DNA of 64,000 nucleotides from positions 160,001 through 224,000 of the forward strand of contig CAWJSR010000045.1 of NCBI GenBank assembly GCA_963845515.1, read 5' to 3'. Of the stretch, positions 11,169-21,379 are shown piece after piece (the first letter of the stretch is position 1; every line of letters starts with the position of its first letter). The notes beneath the pieces were generated by a model. The model ran no database searches and was not told where the DNA came from. It saw nothing but the letters and a program-made list of their open reading frames with translations. The translations under genes and the position numbers were made by a program. Source of the stretch: an uncultured delta proteobacterium. GTDB lineage: Bacteria; Myxococcota; Myxococcia; Myxococcales; Anaeromyxobacteraceae.

Positions 11169-12367
11169 TCGAGCCGCGACTCAAGCCGCGCTCCGTCCGG
11201 CGCTTCAAGCGTGGGGCCGTGGTGGCCGCCTGCTTCGCGGGCTACGCGGCCGCCTTCTTCCCGGCGTGGAGCCTCCTCGGCGACAACGCCGGGACGCTCA
11301 CGATCGTCCCAATCGTCGCTGCCGGGTGGCTCTTCGGCGTAGGCGCCGGGGTCGGCGCGGTGGTGGCCGGAGTGTTCCTCACTTACGGGCTCCTCGTGCA
11401 GGTCGCTCCCGACCCGCTCCGCGTGCTCCTGGAGAACAGCCTCAGCATCGCAGCGGGGTTCGCCGTCGGCGGCGCGACCGGCTGGGTCCGCCAGGTGCTG
11501 GCGCAGCTGCGGCGCCAGACCCGCCGGCTCGAGCAGCGCCACGCGCGGGCGCTCCTGGAGGCCGGGCTGAGGAAGGCGGCCGAGGAGGAGCTGCGCCGGG
11601 TGAACTCCACGCTGGAGGCGGCCTGCGACGCCGCGGTGCGTGCCTCGGACGAGAAGAGCCGGTTCCTGGGACGGGCGAGCCACGAGCTGCGGACCCCGCT
11701 CGCCGCCATCCAGGGTTACGCAGAGCTGCTGCTGGAGGAGAGCGCCGCCAGGGGAGCGCCGCCGCAGACGCTTGCGCGCGACCTCGGCAGGATCGTCGAG
11801 GCGTCTCGCCACCTGGCTGGGCTCGTGGACGAGCTGCTGGACATCTCGAAGATCGAGACCGGCAGGCTGGAGGTGAAGCTCGCCTCCGTGGATCTGCGGT
11901 CGCTCGTCGAGGACGTCGCGGCGATGATGCAGCCGGCAGCGGTGGCGGCCGGGACCAGGCTTCGGGTCCGGTGCGCCGCTGACGTCCCGCGCGTCCGGAC
12001 CGATGCCCGCCGCGCCCGGCAGGTCCTGCTCAACCTGCTCTCGAACGCCATCAAGTTCACTGGCGACGGTGACGTCGAGGTGGTGGCCGGTCCCGCGGTT
12101 GGCGCGCCGGATGAGTGGGCCGAGATCGAGGTGCGAGACACGGGGCCCGGGATGAGCGCGGAGGAGCAGCAGCTCGCCTTCGACGAGTTCTGGCGCGGCA
12201 ACACCGACAAGCCCGGCGTGGGGCTCGGGCTCTCCATCGCGCAGCGGCTCTGCGTGGAGCTCGGCGGCAGCATCGCCGTCAGCGGCGTCCCCGGCGTGGG
12301 GACGGCCTTCGTCGTCAGGCTGCCGGTGGTCGGGGCGAGGGAAGCCGACCTCCCTGCGCGCGCATGA
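11165..12367 (+). CDS. Membrane sensor histidine kinase
   Basis: SHELRTPL H-box, NLLSNAIKFT, DTGPGM, GLGL. Confidence 0.9.
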   Translation: MIEPRLKPRSVRRFKRGAVVAACFAGYAAAFFPAWSLLGDNAGTLTIVPIVAAGWLFGVGAGVGAVVAGVFLTYGLLVQVAPDPLRVLLENSLSIAAGFAVGGATGWVRQVLAQLRRQTRRLEQRHARALLEAGLRKAAEEELRRVNSTLEAACDAAVRASDEKSRFLGRASHELRTPLAAIQGYAELLLEESAARGAPPQTLARDLGRIVEASRHLAGLVDELLDISKIETGRLEVKLASVDLRSLVEDVAAMMQPAAVAAGTRLRVRCAADVPRVRTDARRARQVLLNLLSNAIKFTGDGDVEVVAGPAVGAPDEWAEIEVRDTGPGMSAEEQQLAFDEFWRGNTDKPGVGLGLSIAQRLCVELGGSIAVSGVPGVGTAFVVRLPVVGAREADLPARA

Positions 12368-12383
12368 GCAACCGGGGCGAACG

Positions 12384-12671
12384 ATGAACGTGAGACAGGT
12401 CCAGGTCCGAGGGTGCCTCCCGACGCTGGTCGCCCTCGTGGTGGTCGGGGCGATCCTCGCCTTCGCCGTGACGACCGGCTTCGCGCTGCTCGCGGTCGCG
12501 GCGGTCGCTGGGCTCGTCGCGACGCTCGTCCGGCGGGCGCTCGGCGCCGCGAAGCCCGCAGACGAAAGGACGCCCGAAGCGCGCCGGCGCGCAGCGGACG
12601 TCACGATCGATGCGGAGGTGGTCGAGCCTTCGGAGGGCGGCGACCACCGCCCGCCGAAGTTGCCCGAGTGA
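12384..12671 (+). CDS. Small membrane hypothetical protein
   Basis: Two hydrophobic segments and a TIDAEVV tail. Confidence 0.6.
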   Translation: MNVRQVQVRGCLPTLVALVVVGAILAFAVTTGFALLAVAAVAGLVATLVRRALGAAKPADERTPEARRRAADVTIDAEVVEPSEGGDHRPPKLPE

Positions 12672-12682
12672 GGCGCGCCCTG

Positions 12683-12913
12683 CTAGGCGCTGCGCTCGTG
12701 CTGCGCCGCCATCATGGCGATCACCGCGACGACGATCGGTGACGCCAGCACGGCGACGAGGAGCGCGAACGCGAAGATCGGTGTTCCGAACGCAAAGACG
12801 ATCGGGACGAGGAGCATCATGGGGATCACCCTGCTCCAACGGATCGTTCCTCCGGCCGCCTTCGAGCCCACCACGACATCCGCGTACGAGATCGCCTGAT
12901 AATCGCTCGCCAT
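12683..12913 (-). CDS. Small membrane hypothetical protein
   Basis: GGAGG-like RBS before ATG 12913; hydrophobic C-terminal half. Confidence 0.5.
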   Translation of the reverse strand: MASDYQAISYADVVVGSKAAGGTIRWSRVIPMMLLVPIVFAFGTPIFAFALLVAVLASPIVVAVIAMMAAQHERSA

Positions 12914-13271
12914 CGCCGTTCCTCCCCCTGCGTTGTCTAGGCGCGCAGGTACTTCGCGTGGAACGTTAAGGCGCCCGGCGAACGGCCGCATGACCCTTCG
13001 TGGCTGCAAACTCCTGCAATATCAGCATGTTAACGTGTCCCACCTTGCGCCAGATCAACCTCGTCCCGATGGATGAGAGGGCGCAAGGCCAGCAAATGCG
13101 GCGTACTCGACTGGCGCGGTCAACCTTGACGGCGCCACTCCAAATACGACCTTAGGGGGAACCCATAAACCTTCGGGAAGGCCAGCGGCGCGAGCGACGG
13201 AAGGGTGGGGCGGGCCGCTCGTGAAGCGGTTATCGAGCGGCTGAGGTCGATCTCCCGCGTCGGAGCCCACC

Positions 13272-13733
13272 ATGGAAGATAGCTCCAGAGCCCTGCTCTT
13301 CCGGATCCTGCCGCTCGCCCCCGCGCTGCTGATCCTCTCGCTGCTCGCCGCCGCCGCGGCCTCCGGGATGGCGCGCGGACCTGGCGCGGGTGCGTGCGAG
13401 CCCCAGACCTGGCTCGACTGGCACGTGGCGGTGAAGACCCAGTGCGTGACGCGCACCTACGTCTGCCACAACATGACCCCCTCGAAGCTCCTCCGGGACC
13501 CGCGGGTCGTCGACGCGTACGAGGACGCCCTCGCCTCGAACGACAGGGAGCGCATCGCGGAGATGGACACGCTCATCGGTCAGATCCGCTCGGCCTATGG
13601 CTGTGGCTCGGCGCCGGATCGGCTGCCGCGCGCCGCTCCAGGCCGCGCGCCGTGGGTCCCCCCAGGGCACCCCCCGATGCACGACCTGTCGCCGCGGGCA
13701 GATCCTGCGCTGGGGCTCGACAAGACGATCTGA
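13272..13733 (+). CDS. Exported Cys-containing hypothetical protein
   Basis: Signal-like N-terminus, four Cys residues, GGAG RBS. Confidence 0.55.
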   Translation: MEDSSRALLFRILPLAPALLILSLLAAAAASGMARGPGAGACEPQTWLDWHVAVKTQCVTRTYVCHNMTPSKLLRDPRVVDAYEDALASNDRERIAEMDTLIGQIRSAYGCGSAPDRLPRAAPGRAPWVPPGHPPMHDLSPRADPALGLDKTI

Positions 13734-13823
13734 CCCGTCGAGGTCGGCCCGAGCGGGCGCTCGCGGAGCCCGGCGGCCTGCCTCGTCTCCGAGCGCGATC
13801 GCCGGTGGCCCCCTCCCCGTGGC

Positions 13824-13860
13824 TTGACTAGTAACGGTACCTTGCGATAACAAGGTACCG
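13824..13860 (+). promoter_or_regulatory. padR promoter with a palindromic operator
   Basis: TTGACT at 13824; perfect inverted repeat CGGTACCTTG-N6-CAAGGTACCG at 13835-13860. Confidence 0.7.
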
Positions 13861-13863
13861 ACC

Positions 13864-14190
13864 ATGCCGCCAGACTCCGACCGCTTCGGCGCCATCCGGA
13901 AGGGACTGCTCGAGCTCCTGGTCCTGAAGATCGTCGCCGCGGACAAGGTCTACGCGGCCGACATCCTGGCGAAGCTGGGGGGCACCGAGTTCGCGACGCA
14001 GGAGGGGACGCTCTACCCGCTCCTGAGCAAGCTGCGGCGCGCCGGGCTGCTCGACTACGAGTGGGTCGAGTCGGAGGCCGGACCGCCGCGCAAGTACTAC
14101 GTGCTGACAGCCAGGGGGCGCACCTGGCTCGCCGAGCTCAACGCCTACTGGAAGACGCTCCGCTCCACGGTGGAGCGGATGGGAGAGTAG
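13864..14190 (+). CDS. PadR family transcriptional regulator
   Basis: RKGLLEL, EGTLYPLL, GPPRKYY. Confidence 0.92.
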   Translation: MPPDSDRFGAIRKGLLELLVLKIVAADKVYAADILAKLGGTEFATQEGTLYPLLSKLRRAGLLDYEWVESEAGPPRKYYVLTARGRTWLAELNAYWKTLRSTVERMGE

Positions 14191-14192
14191 CC

Positions 14193-15341
14193 ATGCAGAA
14201 GGTCATCAACGCCAGCCTTCACGGCAACGCCTACGCCATCGAGGAGGGGGGCTACGAAGCGCTGCGCGCCTACCTGGACGCCGCCGCCGCCGGCCTCGCG
14301 GCCGATCCCGACCACGAGGAGATCCTCGGCGACATCGAGCAGGCGATCGCAGACAAGTGCGCCCGCCACCTCGGGCCGCACAAGTCGGTGGTCACCGAGG
14401 CCGAGATGAAGCAGGCGCTCGAGGAGATGGGGCCGGTCGGCGCGACGCCAGAGGTCGGCCCCGCCGCCGCCGAGGCGCCGCCGTCGCCTCCCGCGGCAGA
14501 GCCGGTGCGCCGCCTCTACCGCATCCTCGAGGGCGGGATGGTGGGCGGCCTCTGCAACGGACTCGGCGCCTACTTCGCGCTGGACGCGAACGTCGTCCGG
14601 GCCATCTTCGTGGTGCTGACGCTCGTCACGCACGGCGCGTGGCTCCTGGTCTACCTCGTGCTCATGTTCGTGGTCCCGGCCGCCGGCACCCCCGAGGAGC
14701 GGGCCGCGGCGAGCGGCCTCCCCTTCAGCGCCCAGGGGCTGATCGACGAGGCCAAGCGCCACTACGCCAACCTGGAGCAGGAGCTGCGCGGCCCGTGGGG
14801 CGCGTGGCGCCACGGCGGCGGTGAGCGTCGCGAGCGCCGCCGCGAGGCCAGGCGCGCGGCCCGCGAGGCTCGACGATCCTGGCGCGAACACCGGGCCGAG
14901 GCGACGGTCGAAGCCTCCGGCGTCCCGTACGCACCGGCCCACTACGCGCAGCAGGTGGCAGCCGGCCTCACCGTCCCCGTGGCCGCCTTCGCGAGCGCGC
15001 TCCTGACCGTCGCCTGGCTCCAGCTGTCGGCACAGGTCATCGTCACCGGCCGCCTGTTCGGCTGGTCGCCCGGGCTGCCGCTCTGGGCGGGGCTGGTGGT
15101 CCTGCTCCTCGTGACGGTCGTGGTCGGACGCCCGATCAGCCAGGTCCGCGCCGCGCTCCACCGGGCGCCCTATCCGGGCGGCGTCGCCTGGCTCGCCGCC
15201 TGGGACGGAATCCTCTGGCTCGGCTTCATCGCCCTCCTCGGCTGGTTCGCGTGGCACGCCCGCCCCGAGCTGAGCGCGCTCGCGCACGATCTCCCCGGCG
15301 CGGTCGAGAAGGTGCGGGCCTCCTGGCCGGGGGCGCGCTGA
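14193..15341 (+). CDS. PspC domain-containing membrane protein
   Basis: RRLYRILEGGMVGGLCNGLGAYF PspC motif; typical PadR partner. Confidence 0.85.
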   Translation: MQKVINASLHGNAYAIEEGGYEALRAYLDAAAAGLAADPDHEEILGDIEQAIADKCARHLGPHKSVVTEAEMKQALEEMGPVGATPEVGPAAAEAPPSPPAAEPVRRLYRILEGGMVGGLCNGLGAYFALDANVVRAIFVVLTLVTHGAWLLVYLVLMFVVPAAGTPEERAAASGLPFSAQGLIDEAKRHYANLEQELRGPWGAWRHGGGERRERRREARRAAREARRSWREHRAEATVEASGVPYAPAHYAQQVAAGLTVPVAAFASALLTVAWLQLSAQVIVTGRLFGWSPGLPLWAGLVVLLLVTVVVGRPISQVRAALHRAPYPGGVAWLAAWDGILWLGFIALLGWFAWHARPELSALAHDLPGAVEKVRASWPGAR

Positions 15342-15342
15342 C

Positions 15343-18300
15343 TCACCGGCCGCCGGCGCCGTCCGCGCCCGCCGTGAGCCTCGCGAGCGCGCGCTGCGCC
15401 AGCGCGGCGCTGCTGAACGGGCTCCAGCGCTTCGCCTCCCCGACCCTCCGGTAGGCCGCGATCGCCTCCTGCTTCTCGCCGTACGCCTCCGCCACGAAAC
15501 CGACCACGAGCCAGTCATGCGGCTCGATCGTGTCACCGTAGAGGCCGATCGAGTCGCGCAGGGCCTGCATCGCCGCCCCCGGCTCGCCGGTCCTGGCCAG
15601 GACCGCCGCGAGCGAGTGGAGGGCCACGCGGTCCCGGTGGTGGTCCAGCTCCGAGGCGCGCTGGGCCTCCTGCACCGCCGTAGGGGGCGTCGGCTCCTGG
15701 AAGAGGCGCGCCCACGCGAGGTTGTTGAGGTCCAGCGACCGCGGCTCCCCCTGGGTGACGCGCGAGACGAGGGCGATGCCCTCGTCGATCTCGCCCACGA
15801 AGAGGGCGGCGTGGCCGACGGCCCGCAGCATCGGGACCGGCGACGAGCCCTCGGCCACCGCGCGCACCGCGCGCCGCACGTCCTCGCCGCGGCGAAGCCC
15901 CCCGAGCGCGCGGATGCGGTAGGCGGCGGTGCCGTTCGGGGCCGCGTCGCGCAGGGCGTCCGAGAGCTCCAGGAGCCGCGGCCAGCGCTCGAGGGTCATG
16001 CAGGCCTCCGCGAGGGCCGCCTGCACGGAGCGGCGCGTCGCGTCGGGGAGAGGGCCGGAGAGCGCCTCCTCCAGGAGGGCGGCGGCCGGCGCCGGCGCGT
16101 CCGCGGCCGCGCCCAGCAGGGCCGCCAGGAGCCGGAGGTCGGCGACGGTGGCCTTCGCGGGGTCCGCGGAGGACGTGTCGACGAGGGAGTAGACGTAGTC
16201 CGCCTGCGGCTCGCGCGGTCCGCGATCCTCATTTGCCCAGCGCAGGAGGACCCGCGCGCCCTCGACGTCCCGGCGCTCGAGCCGGCGGAGCGCCTCGAGC
16301 GCCAGCTCGCCGCTCTCCTGCTGGGCCGCCAGGAGGCGCCACGTCGCCCCCGCGCGGAGCAGGTAGAGCTTCGCCGGCAGGGAGCCGAAGGTGATCGACA
16401 CGCGCGCGAGGTCCCGGGCCGTCTCGTCCTCGCGGAGCTCCAGCGTCGCGGCCGTCAGGTCGGGCGCGGCGATGGCGGCGAAGCCCTCGGGCCCCCATCG
16501 GAGCAGCCTGTCGCCGAGGGGGCCTGCGGCGCGCTCAGGGGCGCTGCGCCCCGCCGCGACGGTGTCGCGGATCGCCCCCACCCCGTTCAGCGCCTGGATC
16601 CAGCGGACCACGCCGCGCTGGGGCGAGCCGGCCGGCGCCGTCTCCTCGAGCCGGCTCGCGTCGTGGAGCAGGCGGCCGAGCGCCCGGAGGCCGGCGACGT
16701 CGTCGGCGCCGTCGCCGGCCCGGTCGATGAGCTGCGCGGCGCGTCCGTACTCGCGGCGGTAGGAGAGGCTCCTCACCGCGACGTGGAGCGCGGTGGCGCG
16801 ATCCTTCGGCGGCAGCCGCCCCGCCTCGCCGACGGCCTGCTCCAGCCGGCCGTCCATCGCCAGCGCGGCGAGCAGCGGCCCGTCGCGCACGGCCCCCTGC
16901 GGGAGCTCGAGCGCGGTGCGCGCAGCGTCGGCGTAGCGTCCTGCCGCGACCAGCGCCCAGAGCAGCTGGGAGTCGTACTCCCGGTAGTCGAAGTCCTTGC
17001 GGGCCTTGAGGAAGAGCTCCGCGGCCTCCTCGGGGCGCGCCCCGCGGCCCAGGAAGCCGCAGTCCTCCCCGTCGAGGAGGAACCCCCCGAGCATCGCGAG
17101 CGTGCCGGGGACCTTCGGCTCGAGGATGGCAGCCCTGCGCGCGGCCTTGACCGCGCCCCCGACGTCGCACCCGCGCTTTCGGCGGCGGGAGACGAGGTCC
17201 TCCTCCAGCACGATGGCGAGCACCCGGTGCGCCCACCCGGACTCCGGCGCGAGCGCCACCGCGCGCCGGGCCGCGGCGCGCGCCGCGTCGCCGAGCCCGA
17301 GCCGGCGGTAGCCGAGCGCGAGCCGGAGCTGCGGCTCGTGGTCCCTGGGCGCGGCGGCGGCGAGGCGGCGCAGCTCGCTCAGCGCCTCGCGGCCACGCCC
17401 CGCCTCGAGCAGGCGCGTGCTCGTCCTGCGGAACTTGAAGCTCGGGCCGCCGATCCCGAACCTGGAGAGGGCGGCGCGGATCTCGTTCACGTCCTTCGCC
17501 GCGAGCGGACCGCGCGGGAGCGAGAGCGAGAAGCGTGCGGACAGCGCGTCACCGCGCTCTCGCGCGTACGCCGCTGCGAACCGGAACGGTCCGACGGCCA
17601 CCTTCGTCTCCACGGGCAGCGGCTCGACCGGCTCGAACCCCGGGGGTGGCACGACGCGGTAGTCCAGCTCGCCGCTGCACGGGCGCTGGATCGCGAGCGC
17701 GCGCTCGCGCGCTGGCTTCCTGGAGGCGCCCCCCTCCGCCGAGGAGGGCGCCTCGGGCACCAGCTCGGAGGGGAGGCACGCCAGGACGCGAGGATCGAGG
17801 CGCGCCTCGGCGTCGTCGTCGAGCGTCCTGCCGAGCTTCGAGCCCTTCGCCTCGCCGCGGACGACGAGCTGGCCGTCCTCGCGGGTCTCGGCCGAGACCG
17901 TCGCCTCGTCGGCCTCCAGCCGCTCCTTCACGTCGGCGACGCGCGACCGGGCCACCTGGTCGGCGGTCCGGTCGCGCGCGAAGTCGCGGAGCTCCGCGGC
18001 GAGGGCGCCGTCGTAGGTGCGCACCTCCGTCACCTGCGTGAGCCCGCTCGCCTGGAGGCGGACCTGCCGCTCGACGTGGGCCTTGTAGGCCGCGGGCGAC
18101 GTCACGGGGAGGGTGACGAGCGCCTTCGTCCCCCTTCGGGCGACGAGCGCGAGCTTCCCGTCGACGCCGGGGGGGAGCACGCCGAGCGGCAGCTCGGGCG
18201 CGAGCGGATCGAGGAAGATCGGCCGGGCGCCGCCGAGCGAGACGATCGCGTGGTCGAAGAAGCCGAGGCCGGGGAGGTTGGGGTCGAGCTCCGTGGGGCC

Positions 18301-19353
18301 CGTCCGGAGGAGCGCGACGTCAGCCTCGTGGCCGAGGGCGCGCATGAGCGCGACGAAGAGCAGCGACACGTCCTTGCAGTCGCCGTAACGCCGGGTGAGC
18401 ACCTCGCGCGGCTTCACCGGGACGATCGCCGCCATGCCGAGCTCGAGGCCGGTGTAGCGGACCCGCTCGCGGATGTGGCGGAGGACGCGGACGGCCTGCG
18501 CGTCGCGACCGGATGCGCCCGCCGTGAGCTCGCGCGCCAGCGCCCCGAGGTCGGCCCCCGCGAGCTGCGGCTCGAGGAGCGCCGCATAGCCCTCGGCGAC
18601 CGCCTCCCAGGAGGCGCCGCTCGAGAAGGCGAGGTGCGGCTCGGGGGAGAGCACGGCCGGCTGGCCGTCCTCCGTCGACGGCGAGGCGGGGAGGTTCTTC
18701 CAGTCCCAGCGGAGGACCCGTCGCCCGCCAGCGGTGCGCTCCTCGTGCGCGGGGGCCAGGCCGCGGACCACGAACTTCAGGGGGAGGCTCGCGGGCGCGT
18801 CGAGGCGGACCCGGAGCCGGCGCAGCGCGGGGTCGCTGAGATCCACGAGCCAGGACGACCCGGAGCGGTGGTACGGCTCGCGATCCCGCTCGACGATGAG
18901 GATCTCGACCACCGAGCCGTTCTGGACCCCGGGGAGCGGCCCGCGCACGACGCGCCGGTCAGTGACCATCCCCTCCGGCGGCTCGACGGCGGCCTCGGAG
19001 AGCGTCGCGGGATCCAGCGGGTACTCCTGGCCCGAGGGCGAGATGACGCGCGCCCGGATCACCGGTCGGTCCTGGTACCGCGGCTCCCAGGACGCTGAGA
19101 CCACGCCGCCCGACCGCACCGCCTCCGCCGAGAGCGGGCGGAAGACCATGTGGCGTTGCGCGGTGAGCCGCCCGGCCTCGTCGACCACCAGGTCGATGTC
19201 CCGGAGCAGCGGCTCCCAGTGGGCGTCCTCCGCGGCCCTCAGCGAGGCCGACGCGCGCGCGACCTCCGCGGCAGGCGCGACGAAGGGTCCAAGCTCCCAA
19301 GGCAGCCCGGGCGAGCCCGCGGCGATGAAGGCGGAAAGGATGAGCGTCAGCAC
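15343..19353 (-). CDS. DUF3857/transglutaminase-like domain protein with TPR-like repeats
   Basis: GDCKD / FDHAI / FLDP Cys-His-Asp triad; LNNLAW TPR-like C-terminus; signal-like N-terminus. Confidence 0.8.
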   Translation of the reverse strand: MLTLILSAFIAAGSPGLPWELGPFVAPAAEVARASASLRAAEDAHWEPLLRDIDLVVDEAGRLTAQRHMVFRPLSAEAVRSGGVVSASWEPRYQDRPVIRARVISPSGQEYPLDPATLSEAAVEPPEGMVTDRRVVRGPLPGVQNGSVVEILIVERDREPYHRSGSSWLVDLSDPALRRLRVRLDAPASLPLKFVVRGLAPAHEERTAGGRRVLRWDWKNLPASPSTEDGQPAVLSPEPHLAFSSGASWEAVAEGYAALLEPQLAGADLGALARELTAGASGRDAQAVRVLRHIRERVRYTGLELGMAAIVPVKPREVLTRRYGDCKDVSLLFVALMRALGHEADVALLRTGPTELDPNLPGLGFFDHAIVSLGGARPIFLDPLAPELPLGVLPPGVDGKLALVARRGTKALVTLPVTSPAAYKAHVERQVRLQASGLTQVTEVRTYDGALAAELRDFARDRTADQVARSRVADVKERLEADEATVSAETREDGQLVVRGEAKGSKLGRTLDDDAEARLDPRVLACLPSELVPEAPSSAEGGASRKPARERALAIQRPCSGELDYRVVPPPGFEPVEPLPVETKVAVGPFRFAAAYARERGDALSARFSLSLPRGPLAAKDVNEIRAALSRFGIGGPSFKFRRTSTRLLEAGRGREALSELRRLAAAAPRDHEPQLRLALGYRRLGLGDAARAAARRAVALAPESGWAHRVLAIVLEEDLVSRRRKRGCDVGGAVKAARRAAILEPKVPGTLAMLGGFLLDGEDCGFLGRGARPEEAAELFLKARKDFDYREYDSQLLWALVAAGRYADAARTALELPQGAVRDGPLLAALAMDGRLEQAVGEAGRLPPKDRATALHVAVRSLSYRREYGRAAQLIDRAGDGADDVAGLRALGRLLHDASRLEETAPAGSPQRGVVRWIQALNGVGAIRDTVAAGRSAPERAAGPLGDRLLRWGPEGFAAIAAPDLTAATLELREDETARDLARVSITFGSLPAKLYLLRAGATWRLLAAQQESGELALEALRRLERRDVEGARVLLRWANEDRGPREPQADYVYSLVDTSSADPAKATVADLRLLAALLGAAADAPAPAAALLEEALSGPLPDATRRSVQAALAEACMTLERWPRLLELSDALRDAAPNGTAAYRIRALGGLRRGEDVRRAVRAVAEGSSPVPMLRAVGHAALFVGEIDEGIALVSRVTQGEPRSLDLNNLAWARLFQEPTPPTAVQEAQRASELDHHRDRVALHSLAAVLARTGEPGAAMQALRDSIGLYGDTIEPHDWLVVGFVAEAYGEKQEAIAAYRRVGEAKRWSPFSSAALAQRALARLTAGADGAGGR

Positions 19354-19458
19354 GGGTCCCCCGATGACCGATGGTGTCGGCACCGGGAGTGTTCCACAGG
19401 TGCGCGCGACGGGCGGACACCTTTCTCACCCGGGCAGGTGGGTCGAGGTGGGTGGCCG

Positions 19459-21249
19459 CTACGGCGGCGCCACGGGGGGCTGGCTCGAGACCAGCTTTCC
19501 CCCGGCGCTCACGACGGCGGTCCAGGGCTGCTCGACACCCCGCGACACCCGGACGATCCCCTTCAGCAGCACCGATCCGTCGGGGCGGAGCTCGAGCCCG
19601 TCGTTGGCGTACGGCGAGTTGGGGGCACCGTCGCCGGCGAAGTTGAGGTCCCAGAGGATCTTCCCCTTGGCGTCGAGCCGCACGAGCCGCGCGCTGGGGT
19701 TGGCCGCCGGGTTGGTGTACGAGAGGAAGTAGGCGACGCAGCCGTCGTCCGTCGTCGGGGCGAGCACGCCGCCGGCCTGCTCCTTGAAGCGCTTGTTGGG
19801 CAGGACCCGCTCCCAGAGCCGCTTCCCGGAGGGGCCGACCTTCGCGATGACGGCCGAATTCTCGCCACGGACGCCCGCGACGAACGCCTCGCCCTTCTCG
19901 GAGAGGGCGGCGGACCTGAACTGGCCCATGGGATGCTCCGAGAGCTCGATCCCGGAGCCCTTGGCGTACGCCTGGCCGTTGGCCAGGGTCTCGCCCCGCG
20001 CAAGCCTGGCGGCCGCCTCGCTGCCGGTGGAGGGAGGCGTGATCCGCTCCGGCGGTCTGAGCACCCAGAGCCCCGAGGCGCCCCCGGGGCGATCCTGCCG
20101 GCAGCTCCCCGCGAACAGGTGGCGGCCGTCCATCGTGCCGTGGAAGCCGGGGCTCCCCTTCGAGCAGCCGGGGAAGAGCTCGTCGATGGGGATGGAGGTG
20201 ATCAACCTCAGATCTTCCGTGCTCCGCACGTCCACCACCTTCCGCGGCGAGAGCTCGTAGTTGTTGACCACCAGGAAGTAGTCACCGACGGGCGCGACGT
20301 GGAGCTCGTGGATGGTCTTCGTGGCCTGCACGGAGTGGGTCTGCTTCCGGCCGACGACGTCGATGCGGAGCACGGTGCCGGTCTCGTGGGATCCGATCAG
20401 CAGGAAGCGCGAGTCGGGCGTGAAGGCGACGCCGTAGGCGCTCAGGGGGATGGGGTAGGTGTCGACGCGGCGGCTGGCGACGTCCACGACGTAGACCTGT
20501 GCCTGCGGCCGGGCCGGCGCCTTGCGCGCCCCGGCGCGGTCGTCGTACTCGACCAGCGCCAGCCGGCTCCCGTCCGGGCTGAAGCGGGCCGAGTCGATGT
20601 TGAGCCGCCGGGCGCGGCGGGGCGGCTCCAGCGTCAGCTGCCAGTCGATCTCGACGGACGCGAGGTTCACCCGCGCGAGCTCGTAGCGAACAGGGCCGTC
20701 GGACATCTCGGCCCCCTCCGCCCGCACGGCGTACGCGAAGTACCAGTGCGCGTCGGTGGGGTCGTAACCGATCGGATGGAGGTAGCCGCCGGGCACGACG
20801 TCCGCGAGCTTCAGGAGCTTCGAGAACCGGCGGGACCGCTGGTCGTACTGGACGAGCCAGACCGCGACCCGCTTCCACCCGTTCATCTGGTCGACCTGCA
20901 TCGTCGTGACGTTGCCGTCGTGGTGGAGGAGCTCCGCCCCCTGCAGACGGTCGATCCCGAGGGTCGCGAGCTGCTCGCGCGGGAAGTCCTGGAAGGGCAC
21001 CTCGAAGTCGACGATCGCGAGCGTCGAGAGATCGAGCAGGCGGTAGCGGACGGGCCTGCGCGCGCCAGCGGGCGCGTCCTCGCGGACGGTGCCGAGGAGC
21101 CGGTACCGGCTGGCGCTCAGCATCTTCCACTTGGCCGAGAAGGACGGGCCGTCGCCCATCATCTCCGGCGTGATCTCCTTCGCGAGCCAGAGGGGCTCCG
21201 CGGTCAGCGAGGCGGCCGAGAGGAGCGCTGCGGCGATGAGGTGGCTCAT
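19459..21249 (-). CDS. Secreted beta-propeller protein
   Basis: Signal peptide; FSPDG and FTPDS blade motifs; GKRLWE and GKILWD repeats. Confidence 0.7.
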   Translation of the reverse strand: MSHLIAAALLSAASLTAEPLWLAKEITPEMMGDGPSFSAKWKMLSASRYRLLGTVREDAPAGARRPVRYRLLDLSTLAIVDFEVPFQDFPREQLATLGIDRLQGAELLHHDGNVTTMQVDQMNGWKRVAVWLVQYDQRSRRFSKLLKLADVVPGGYLHPIGYDPTDAHWYFAYAVRAEGAEMSDGPVRYELARVNLASVEIDWQLTLEPPRRARRLNIDSARFSPDGSRLALVEYDDRAGARKAPARPQAQVYVVDVASRRVDTYPIPLSAYGVAFTPDSRFLLIGSHETGTVLRIDVVGRKQTHSVQATKTIHELHVAPVGDYFLVVNNYELSPRKVVDVRSTEDLRLITSIPIDELFPGCSKGSPGFHGTMDGRHLFAGSCRQDRPGGASGLWVLRPPERITPPSTGSEAAARLARGETLANGQAYAKGSGIELSEHPMGQFRSAALSEKGEAFVAGVRGENSAVIAKVGPSGKRLWERVLPNKRFKEQAGGVLAPTTDDGCVAYFLSYTNPAANPSARLVRLDAKGKILWDLNFAGDGAPNSPYANDGLELRPDGSVLLKGIVRVSRGVEQPWTAVVSAGGKLVSSQPPVAPP

Positions 21250-21379
21250 GGTTGCTCGCCCGGCTTCGAACCGCGAGGGAAGTGCGACTCCTGCAATTGG
21301 AGGCCGCGCCCGTGGGAATCCGGGCGCGGCCCCTGCCTACACGTTCGCGACGTGGCGGGTCCCACTCGGGACCCGGCCG

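Noticed and set aside
13151..13200. Fluoride or c-di-AMP riboswitch
   Set aside because: Only short fragments (GGGGGAACCC, ATAAAC) resemble the consensus, and the key conserved elements are missing.
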